The notes under the pieces were generated by a model. That model made no database searches and had not been told where the DNA came from. It was given only the letters and a program-made list of their open reading frames with translations. A stretch of DNA of 64,000 nucleotides. It comes from an uncultured Planctomycetia bacterium (GTDB taxonomy: Bacteria; Omnitrophota; Gorgyraeia; 2-02-FULL-51-18). The stretch is from the NCBI GenBank assembly GCA_964642015.1, contig CAZXLF010000008.1, positions 18,705 through 82,704 on the forward strand. Reading direction: 5' to 3'. The position numbers and the translations under genes were made by a program. Of this stretch, positions 44,801-56,800 are shown piece after piece. Every line of letters begins with the position of its first letter. Positions within the stretch are counted from its first letter, which is position 1.

Positions 44801-47800
44801 CTGGTATATATTATTGAGGTTGATGGTCTGAGAAAAATACACACCCAAAATACCTAAGAAAATATACATCGGGAACGCGATGAAACCGCTTAAACCCAGA
44901 AATAGCACCGACACCATATAAATAGGCAATAACCAGGTGACCACGAATTTTTTCAAGTAGAAGCCGAGCGTGACGAAGAGCGTTAATTTCTTTGAGAATG
45001 ATATGTTGGGATCCCTAAAATACCTATAGATCTGTCTTCCCATCAGAAGCTCGTGAGAACTCGTCCCGAACTTCTCAAAAGCCACCGCCTGGTTTTGCCA
45101 GCTCGCTTCTCTGGATTTGCCTGCGCGCATATAGTCCCTTTGAACGCTCACCTGCCCCTTAAGCCAGGTTTTGATGGCAAGGGTCAAATCTTCGGCGACA
45201 TAATCAACCGGAATAACGCCGAACTCCTTAAAAGCCTTGCTATCAATGATCGCGCCATGGCCATAAAATCCTATGGCCCCAAGCATGCCTAAATTCCTCT
45301 GCACAATGGTGGTCCATGTTTCGTCTCCGATGGCCACCGCCATCGCCTTCCAGTTATAAGGCCTTGTGAAGATATATTCGGCGAAATTAACAAAACCAAT
45401 GTTCGGGTTCTGGTTGAATTCGGCCATCGCGTTAGGCAACTTGATCATCTGCTCATAGCGTGTATCAAAGTTAACGTCGAAAGCATAACATTTCTCATTG
45501 CGGATAAACGCTGCCATGTTGTTTTGGCTCAGCACCTTTCCTATTCTGGAGACATCACCTTCTAATAAAATTTTGTCTATCTCTACAACTTTGTCTACAT
45601 ATACACCTCTATCTCTATCAAACACTTTGACACTCTTAGACAGAGTTCCATAAACTCCCTGATCTGCATCTCCCTTCTTCGGGATTTTAATAGTTGCGAT
45701 CTCAAGCCAAGGATGATCAAGCTGAAGTTGTTTAATATATGCCAGGGTCTCGGGGGTTGTGCGATCACTTCCGGCGGCGGCGTAATACCAAAGAAGCTGT
45801 AATTTACCGTCCACCTTTTCCGCGATATTTTTAGCATATTCATCATCAGACATACCCTCAGGTTTAGGAAAGTTTATCCTGGCATACCGTTCATAAGACT
45901 TGCGCACATTTTCCAGACCTTTCAATGTTCTATAAATATGCATGCCCCTCATATTCGCCCAATGAACGATCATCTTTTCAATATCCGCGGCACCCTGAAG
46001 ATCCGAGGGAATAACAACCTGGTCCGCTCCTTTAATATTTTTGATGCTTTCCGCAAACTCAGATGCCTCCGGATGCTTTTCCTTTATCATCTCGATCAAA
46101 TTCTCCCACTCATCCTGATACCGGCTGACAAGGTGCGTCAACTTGGTCGTGCCGGTATCTTCGACATGATTTAACGGAGTCTCATTGGGATCACTAGTAA
46201 GCTTTCCGTTGAGTAGAAAAGCGATATTCTCTCCACCTGAGGTTACAGTCACTGTCAGTGTCTTCAAATCCGCCCACAAAGGAGCATCTTGCATATCCTG
46301 GTCATAAAGACTTTGATACAATTCCTTTAAGCGCTGGAGAGCTTCGGCATTCTTTGGCTGTTTAGGATCCGCAAGGTTGCGCAGATAACGATCTCTTTCT
46401 TCGTTCGACAGCTTGTTGTTCTCTCGAAGATTGTTGATAATATCTCTCATGTCTTGCTGATAAATAGCTTCTCTTTCCGCTTCACTTGTTACAGATCTTG
46501 GAATTAGTTTTTGCTTAAATTGGCTCTTTACGTTATCCATATCGCGGACCATTCTTTGCCATGTGAACGATTCGACATACCCCGCGACCCCAATGATAAT
46601 GACGAGACTAATAAGCGCAGGTATCATACTGCCTAAGATCAACAAACCTATCGGGATAGGCAAAGAGAACAAAACCATTAAAAATGAGATCTTGTCATAT
46701 CGGAATAATCCCGATTTCATGCCCTGATAAAATCCGAGCGTAGCTTGTCCTTCGTAAAAAAATGTCATGATCACAAGAAGCATAAAAGGCACGACCGGCA
46801 GGACCAACAGCGCGATAAGCGCAGCAGTGGCCAAAGCCGGCAAGGTAGAGCCTAGAAGAGCGATCACAGGGATCATAAGAAAATACAAAACGGTAGAATT
46901 CCAGCCCACTGTCATCGATGTGAGAGGCATCCATATCATCCACCACCCAAAGGCGTTTTCACGTCTGCGACTCTCGTCCGCAAGCTTCTGATCCTTGATT
47001 CCGGCGCCTTTTTTGATCTGGTATTTTATTCCGGATTGGTTTTCCCAATCCACTTTAGAAAGTGCGTAGACGACGATGGCGGCTACCGCAATAACCGCAA
47101 AACTAATGATCGCGGCGGTAAGGGCCCAGCCGGAAAAGATCGCAAATATCGGCAGAGGAAAAATGATCGTCGCGAGAAAGAATATGGGGATAGGCAAAAA
47201 GATCGTTACGATAAAATATGGCATGACGGGCAGCGCGGCGAGCAGTAATTGGCGCAATCCCTTAATGCCTAACGGGCCACCGGAACGATCTGAATAGGTT
47301 TTTGGCGCAAGACCTGCCGGCAAGTTACCGTTACCGTTGGGACGCGGCATCAAAGAGGAGTCTGTAAAGTATGGTTTATACTGTCTAAACAGGGGTGATT
47401 GAGTGAAGAGACTTTTAACAATAGCCGCGTCACCGCTAAGACCCGGTTTGGTGGCGTCAAGCTTCGCCCTGATCGTACTATATTCCGTCTCCAATTTTTT
47501 AACTATCCCTTCAAGACCGATCATATAATCACGAAGGTCCGCGTTTATTCCTTCTGGATTGCTCTTAGCATTCCATTCGCCTTCATACCGATTTAGCCAA
47601 TCTGGCGTGCGGAACCAGTCTTCAAAATCCTCAAAAGTAATATGGTCTTGCTTAGTCAAGAAAAGTTTTTTGGGTATAGGGGCATCATAGACATATTCCG
47701 CTTTCGCATAACGATAAAAAAGACTGATCCTAGCCGTATATTGCTGTCCTATTTTTTTTATCGCTTCCACATCTCGAGTCGCGCCAGCCGTTCTCAAAGC

Positions 47801-50800
47801 ATTGATCGCGCGGTTCCATTCATAATGTCTGTAAGTAGGGGTCGTTCCTCTGAAATCCCCGGCTGTAGAAAATAGGATCTCCTTCAACAGACGCGCCTCA
47901 AAACCTTCACTAGAAGACAGATACTGCCGCAGATCCTGCAGATCCTCTTGAATGTTTTGAATACCGGGTCGATTTAAATGAGTCACATGCTGACCGACTG
48001 CCTCCCTCCACGCAAGAAATTCTGATTCATCCGCAAAGTCAGACTTACCTAATCTAGCGACAAGGTCCCGGACCATATTTTCCTTCGCGCTGTTGAGCGC
48101 ATTGAGATCTGTAAAACCATAGTTCTCGTTAGCATCTAAAAGACCCTGTATACGCGCTTCTACTTGAGATTTCAATGTTCTTTGAAGCGCATTGGAACGA
48201 TCGATCGTAAGCCGCGCACCCTGATCTTGCGTGATATCATTCTTTAAACTTGCTCTAGCTTCTTCCTGCCCTGGAGCCACTGGACCTAACAGAAAATCCA
48301 GATGCTGATCTAAACGGTTGCTGAATAATTCTTGCGGTGTAGGAGCCGCTGGAGCTGGTGCGCCGCCAGGAAGCTCCCTTGGTTTTCTCCTGAACAGGCC
48401 GGCGATCCAGCCAAGAGGCCTCGCGATCCAACGGTTTTTCGTGAACAAATCGACAAGCCAGGCCGTCACAAAAGCTCTGAGTTGGGACAATCCAATGAAG
48501 GCAAGCACCCAAAGTAAACTCGTCCAAAGCTCATCCCAATAACCAACTTGTGATTTGCCTCCGGGTATTAGCTCGCCATCGACATATATATAAGTGTAGG
48601 TTTTTGGCGCAAGATTGGGGGCTAGCGGATCTGACTCAAGCATCGTCTGGACTTCCTTTTGCAGGCCATCGGCGGTTTGTAAATGAACGGTGCTTATATG
48701 TTTCGAAAGAGCGAACCCGTCTTCCGTGACCGATTGCACAGGACTTAAGAAAGAAGTATTCATGTCATATAAAATATATAGATTACCGTCCAGTACAACG
48801 CCGACCATTCCAGTCGCGAGTCTCGCGAGCTGGGTTTTATAGATCTCTCCCGCCACCCTTCCGTCGACAGTGATGATCTCGCTCTTTTTGAGCGCTTGGC
48901 GGCCAAAAATGATATCAAGAACTTTCGGAGGATCCAGAGTCGTCATCTCATAGATATAGGCATCAGGTCGTTCGCCAGGTTGTAAGTCTTTTAAAGAATC
49001 TTTGTTTTCAAATTTGATGACGGTCTTGCCATTGATCTCTTCCGTGGCAAATTTTACCGTGCGACTAAAATTCTTTACAGAGAAACGCTCGTTCTTGGCA
49101 TCATAAATATAAGCGGCCGGCAGAACACCCTCCGGGACCCTTCCCAATTCCTCATCCTCATACCACAAACGGTTGACGATCGAATTGCCATCTCGATATG
49201 CAACGATCAAGCTTCTTCCTTCCGGATCATTGGGAAGAAGGTATATATCCGCCATTTTCTTGGATGTGGGTTCCGGCCTTACATAGCGGATCGTTCCGCC
49301 TTCGGAAACTCTTATCCAGGCCATTTCTTGAATCACGGGGATTTGTGATTGCAGAGTTAAACCAAAATGATCTTTGAGCCCTTTTTCATATGCTGCCCTT
49401 CTTTCTTGTCCTAATTTAGTGTTTGGAAACGCGCTTAACGCTTTCTCGACCGTACCCGGTGCAGCCGGTGAAAAATATTCATAATTGATTTGACCATCAG
49501 CGCCGACCTTAAAGCTGTGCGTAGCATATCCCAGCGTGTTCCATTCCACCGATAAAGTTAGATTATTGCCCTGCTGCATCAAAATATTTCTTCCATAAAG
49601 ATCATTGGGTAAATAATAATTAACCCAGGTTGCACCGGCGGAATTCGTGGTCCGTGCCGGAATAAGCATGGTATCGCGAGAAATGCCCTGCTCTTTGAGC
49701 TTCGACCAGATCAGATCGTCGGGAAGAGTCGTATTCTTTCTCAAAGCATCGAATAATGATCTTGGATTTTCAAAAGTTGTCTTTTGGAGCGAAGTCTCTT
49801 TTCCATCCCTGACAAAGAATAATTCGGAAGATTTCGGCTGTAGGTCCGTCGTGTCCGTTGCGTTATTGACGTATCGAGTCTCATAATAGGTGCCGTCGGC
49901 CTGTGTGATGCGTTGGCTAATACGCCTTCCGTATACATCAACCGTACGGGTCATATTCATTGCCGGATATTTGTAAGTCAAAGACACGACCGCGCGCAGG
50001 TCTTCCAGTGTAGCTGTATCAGGGTTGAGAACGCGACCATCCCTAGTCGTCACCCTATCAAGGATCGCTTCATCGATTGGGTTGGTGTATTCGGCTAGTT
50101 TTTTATTATCGTCATTGAAATAAACCCTTACTCTTGTCGCAAACTTCATCACACCTGCCAAACCTTTATAGTCGCGGATCTCGACGTAAACTCGTTTAAA
50201 ATCCTTGCCGTCGTAAATCCCGGAAAACTTGGCTTTCAGCCGGCCTAACCCATCCATCGTTTCCTGCCAATACGTGTTGTTGGTCTCATCCTTGATCAGA
50301 GGAGCCAGATTTCCTTCTCTATCATAAAACGTTGTACCGGTCCTCATGTGTTTTGTAGAATTTCCGACCGTCGTATTATTCGTTGCGTCCCAGTTGTATA
50401 AATGGGATTCACTGGTCGTGAGCTCTTTTTGATCATTGTAGTTATAAAGAATAGACTGAGCCTGCTTGTTATCGGGCATCGGAATGTCAGAACGCGTAAT
50501 ATTGCCAAAAAAATCATAATTTTCGAACCACACTGTTCCTGCCGGCCCGCCCGTGATCTTGGTTCTGGCGCCTACCAGCTTGCCACCCTTAGAAACATAC
50601 TCTTGGACGGTTGCTGTGCTAATGGGAGTTCCATCAGCTGCGATATATCCGACTGTTTCACCATGTTTGATCAGGATGCCTTTAAAATATGTATCAACCG
50701 AAACAAGACGATCTAGAGCATCATAATTAAGTTTGATCTCTACGGCATCTTCTCCGACACCGATCGTTTGGCTTCTAAGCAGACCAAGCGCATCAAAACC

Positions 50801-53800
50801 ATATCTCGACACATTGGCATTCTGGGTCATATCCACCATGGCCATGTTATCCGCATTGACCCCTACGAACTTTCCGGAGGATCTGATCTTGCCGGCAATC
50901 GGCTGACCATTTTTATCCGTAGTCCTGGCTGTCCTGTTGTTTTCTTCTCCGTTGATGTATTGAACTTCCGTTTCCATAAAAATATCGCCCTTTTCGTTCA
51001 TGGAATAACTCTTCATAAGCCAATCGAGGCGATTGTAGCGGTCTTGGTGCTTTAAGTGCGTAAATAAATCTTCGGTTTCTACTATCGAAAAACCTTGAGC
51101 ATCATAACCTTTGGGTATGCTTCTTGTTTTAGGAATATCGTAAATATCTCTGCCTTGATCTGCGGATGCTTTCGCATTGTATCCATAAGTCACACGTTCT
51201 TTCTCTTCGCCGGCACGGCTGTCACGGGTAATGACAGTCCTCTCCCTCTTCGGGACCTCTACCGCCATGAGCCGGCCTTGACGGTAAGTTTTGATCAAAT
51301 TCAGAACCGGAGCTTCGTTGATCAGCTTTGTTTCTCGTGAAACAGAATTCTTCTCCTGATCGTAACCTAAGATATCAATATGGTGTGTATGCTTTGAAGA
51401 TGTGGCTAGACCCCTAAAATTTTCCAACGTCAACGGTTTGCCTGCGAGTGTATCAAACGATAAATTACCGTTGCGGTCCGGCTTGATCTTTGGACCGATA
51501 ACCATGTAAGCGTCCAGACTTTTGATATGGTCTTTAGATTCGGTGGTCGCGCGGTTAATGACGGTCATTTTCGCAACACCTGAATCATAAACAATGGTCC
51601 CCATCAATAACCCTTCGGGGGTGTAATACTCGATCACATCATCTGACCTGGCCTGGTTTAGCAGAGCAACTGCCGCATCCGCGTCGGGTTGTCTTGAGAT
51701 GACGTCCATTTCCGCATTCGTAAACGCGACCGGCTGACCTTTGTCGTTCAAAGCTTTCTTGATAAAATTTCCGTTCGTATCGCGTCTGAATTCTCTCTTT
51801 AACGCCACCTTTTGAGCATCCTGCCTGGTCTTATCAGCAAGTAATATCGGCCCTGTTTCACCTAATGAGATCGATCGAGAGAACAACTTTCCTCGGACAA
51901 GAGTGCCCGGCTCAGGAAAGATACCGTTGGCGTCTCTGAATGTTTGGCGGTCAAATTGAAAAGCGTCTACAAACTTTTCTTCGCCAAAATCTCCGATATA
52001 GCGTCTTGTGACCAAATTATCGTATACGGTAAACAATACTTCGCCCACTTTATCGCCTTCTCTGAATCGGTACTCAAAACGCGTATCGTATTGAGGGGCG
52101 CCGTCTTTATCCTTGGCGATCTTCCCGCTTGCGTCCTTCAAATAGGTCCGCACTTCGGTAATGATGTATTTTTTATCCGCCGTTGTGCCTCTGTTAATAC
52201 TTTGCTCGGAATCACCTGTCCATGGGAATAGATCCTTCACACTTGGATTGAACTTGTCATAAGTAAACCCGTCTCCGGATCGGATGGTGGATGTAATAGC
52301 TCCCGTCGGGAACGGGCTGGATTTATCCTTCCTTAATATACGCGTCACCCTGTCGGCCTTGATCTTTTCAGTCGGCTGTAGCGGATTTTTATCAAAATCC
52401 CTATTTTCAATCGGTGCGCCATCAATACGAATATTGCCTGTGAGAGAAAATGCAGGAATCCCGAACATCTGAACATCAATAGAAACCACGCGACCGTTGG
52501 AGTCCTTTACCAATACCCATGTCCTGCCCCAGCCTTTGCCCTGAGGTTCACGGCTATTACCTTTCGTGTCCACCGGCAACATAGGTGTATATGAATAATT
52601 AATATTATTGCTATTGTCGCTCGACTTTATCGCCGCACCTACTTCTTCGGCCACATGTATTTCTTCGGTAGCGGATAAAGGAGCGGCACGTACGGCCGGC
52701 GGTACTGCCTGAGGTGCTGCAGCAACAAATGCGTCAGGATGCCCATTCAGGACAAGATTGTCGAAGCCCGCTTTGGCAGCAGCATAAAAATTACCGCTGA
52801 TCAAAGCAGCGTATCCGGACGGCGTAGAAAATCCATGCGTGGTATCTACTTTTGCCGCTTTCCCGTCAGGGTAAACAGCATACGGGACGGCCAACGGATT
52901 TCCTTCCGCAACATTTCCGTCGGCATCACGTGGCTGAAAGTAACGGCCCAAACTATCGATCATATTACGGTACTTTTCTCTGTATTCAGTGGCTTTGTTC
53001 TGATAATTACCTTTAAGACCATTGTCTGTTTCTGCGCTCGCCAACTTTTCGTAGGCTTCCGCAATTCTGAGAACCCGTATCGCATATTGGGAAGATCCTT
53101 CGATCCAGATAACGTTTTTTTCGGCCGTTTGCTTGGCAAAACTTAGGCCGATCAGTCTTTTGCCGTCGTAAACACCTGTCCGCTCCTCGGCCGCCTTGAT
53201 CATCTTGTCTATTTCACTGAGCCGTTCAGCACGCGTCTTGCCGAAAAAGTCATCATTCAGCATTCTCTCAAGAGGAGCCCAGAAAGTAGTATCCGAAGCA
53301 TAACTAGTTTTATCGGCTCTCCATGATCCTTCTCTGAAAATCGAACCCTTATAGAACACGTGATTGGTCTTGTCATACATATCGCGGGTAAGATGAGTGT
53401 AAAGAAGCTCTGCTCTGTCCAACCAAACTTTATCGCCTGTTACTTGATAAAGTGCCGACCAAAAATGATAAGCGCTTTCCATATTCTCCGTTGATTCGAC
53501 ATTATAGAAAGAAATGCTGCTTCCGGCCGGCAGCGGCTGGCCTTCAGGCCCCATGCGTAAATGCCCGTCTTCCGTCAGCAATTTGGCTAAAAATTCCCCT
53601 CTGGCTTTCGCAAAATCCAGCTTTGCCGCGTCATTCGTCTGCGCATATCTTTGTAAAGCGGCTAACCCTATCCACGCATTAGGTCCTCCGTGAATATACC
53701 AATCCCAGTTCCGATGCCATTCGCCTGAATGATTGGTGATACGAACTACATTTAAAATTCCATTATCCGGCGAGGTAACACCTGGTTGAGGTTTGGTTTG

Positions 53801-56800
53801 GGGAGTTTTCTCGTCGCTAGCGCCCGAGTTGCCGGTAATATAGGTGTCTAATATTTTGTCCGCATTTCCATCAGAAACAATAGCAAAATTGGCCATTCCA
53901 TAAGTATAAGCACCATACTTTGAAATGTCTTCGCCGTCCCCAAAATATTCCTGAACTAGACCTGAAGGTAATGCGCGGCCTTTGAAATAGGCTAAGTATG
54001 TCTTAGCCTGCTCGGACAATTGTTTTCTCAGATCCCGGGCCAGTTTTTCGGCTTTTTGTTTGGCTTCTTGATTTGGAACAACTTGGGGTGTTTCTTTCTT
54101 AGCGGCAGGAGGCTGTTTAGGTGCGCCCGGTGGTGTTTGGCCTTGTGTCCTTCCGGCGCCCGTGAGCACGATCCCGAACAGAACAAATAAAATAGAGGCG
54201 GCGCGCATGAAGGTCTTATAAAATCCGGAAGGCCGGTTCGGGAACAATAAAACAGGAGAAGCTGGAGGCGCGCGTTCCGGTAAAGACGATAATTGATTTG
54301 TGGGAGGAAGCGAGTGCCCTCCGATATTACGCGCCGCTGCTTGAGAGATCCACATTGCCCAAGCCACAATGTCGGCGACCGCTTTATCTTTACTCGTCTT
54401 ACCGATCTCCCTTACTTGATCGGCCAGATTTCGTAACTCATTATTATTTTCACGACGCTGGATTCGAAGCCTCTGTTTCTCATCCTGAGATACCGCCACT
54501 GCAATGCTCTGATCAAGAGAAAGTTGCGCGGCCAGTAAAAAGCTCATTTGATCTAAAATTTGCTGGATGGCCTTCTTTTGGTTGTTGTCGATATTACTGA
54601 TATTTTTTAATAAGGACTGCACACCGTTCAGCTTTTGCTGGATCAAACGAGCATCCGATGTTTTCTTTGTCTCAACCGGCGTTATTCTATAATTCGCCGG
54701 TGCAATTTGGCTGACGATATCGAGATAGACTTTCGTTTGCTCCTCAAGTTGACTACTGATATTCTCCGATAATCCCGCATTTTTAATAGACTCTGAAACA
54801 GCCTTAACGTTGTACTCCAACCTGTCTACCAATTGACCGTGAGCAACCCATAGATCCGCCAACCGATTTTTTGCATTATACGATCCCGTAGCACGAAACT
54901 GATCGATGCTGTTTTGCAGATCACTTAACGCCGCAACAATATTTTCGATCTCGCCTGTAAGACCGCTCAAATTGGCGCTGGCAAGCGACCTTTGATTGGC
55001 TGACACAAAATCTGATAGATTACGGGCGGCTTCTTCAAGACCGATCAACGCCGCCACTCCTTCTGATACTTTCAGATTCAAACGATAACCGATCCATGAA
55101 GCTCCGACGACCATACCAATGACAGGTATGAACCAAGGCAAATTCAATATCCCTATCCATGCCAACGCAGTTCCTAAAATGGCTCCGGCGTATCCTAAGA
55201 AGAGTGCATTTTTGCCGCGGACGTTGAGATAATTGTAAGGCGCGGCAATCAAGGCTGAAAGGATGATCGGCACAATCCCCGCCGAAAATGCCCACGAAAT
55301 AAGCGTTCCAATCACTGCGCCGCTGAGCAGATGAGAAGCGATATTTTTAGCCTGCAAAGCCAATCTTGCGCCAGCCTTTGATTCAGCGATGATTTGCGCC
55401 TGTGCTTTCTGATTAGCATCCAATTCTGACTGAAGTATTTTTAAACGTCCTTCCGATTTTTGGACACCCCCATGCACCTCCCCGGCCCGGTAACCGACAT
55501 TACTTTTCAAAAACCAATCATAATCTTGCAATGCGGTTCTATTTTGCTCAGGTAATGCTGCAATCTTTTGTTGTAATTCTCCAACAACCTCATCTCGATA
55601 TTTAGCGTCAGGATAATTGAACACCGGTGGTAGGAATTCCGTGACCCGAAATACATTCCTTGGATAAGCCAAAGGAGACAAGCCGGCACTCCTTGGAGCT
55701 CCTTCAAGCCTTACGCCACCTTTAAGCAGAAACTCTAATTCAGAACCGAATACATTGGCATCTCCATTCGCCATGGCATTGCCGAACATTTCTTGTGCCC
55801 CGATAACCAAACTATAATCGGTCAGCTTATAAGAGGATGTGCCCAAAAAGATCTTCCCATCAGCGCTTGGAGTGATCGCGACAGATAATCCTGTGCGATG
55901 TTCCCATGCATCCCAACCAACCGTATAAAGAAGATGACGGCCTTCTTCTTTAGCGCTTTTAGCTTCCTGACTATCTTGATCCTCCCAGTACCAGATAGAC
56001 GGTAAATAAGGGCGAGCGCCACGAATATTCGCGAGACGCTTATTCATGTAATCAATATTTTGCAGGTACTCTTTATAAGCTTGCTGGATATTGTTGTATT
56101 CTTGCTCTGTCACATAAATCTTATTGGCGGACTGAATTTTATTATCTTTCAACAGTTGATAAATCTCGGGGTTGTTCTTCCTGAAATTCTCCCCATAAAT
56201 ATCCGCTGCTAACAATCCCAATTTATCCGCTCGTCTGACCCAATTCAAGCCAGCGATGACAAAATTGTCTTTTTGAGAAACAAGTACACGGTCAAACCTT
56301 CTTCCATACAGCAAATCATGACCTGTTTTTTCATCCCGCACAATCTTGAGATATCCATTAGCCTCACCCTTTTCTCCATCGATTTCGGCCATAACAGCTT
56401 CTGGCACTCCAGATCTGTCGAGATCTCGATAATATTTCGTCGACTTTTCCTTCGAAGGATCCGCATCCAGATCGATAACGAAATACCATTGATGTCTAAA
56501 ACCGGGCGCGGTGGGAGTATAGGATTTCCAAAATTCTCCGGGTCTCTGCGGAAAACGGTAATATCCTTTTGAAAAGGTCAGTTTGCGGGACGTGCCAAAA
56601 ACGGGAAGTTCATATTCGATCAGATCTCTGGCTTGTTCATAGGGCCGTCTAACCCCTTCTACACGAGCATCGACCATGGCGTAAAGTCCCAAACGCCTCC
56701 ATAAGTTCTCATAATCTTGCTGGGCTTTCGTTAATTCTTTTTGCGTTCTCGTGACCTGCTGTTTCAGCGATGCTTCAACACGCCTCAATTTTTCTAGTTC

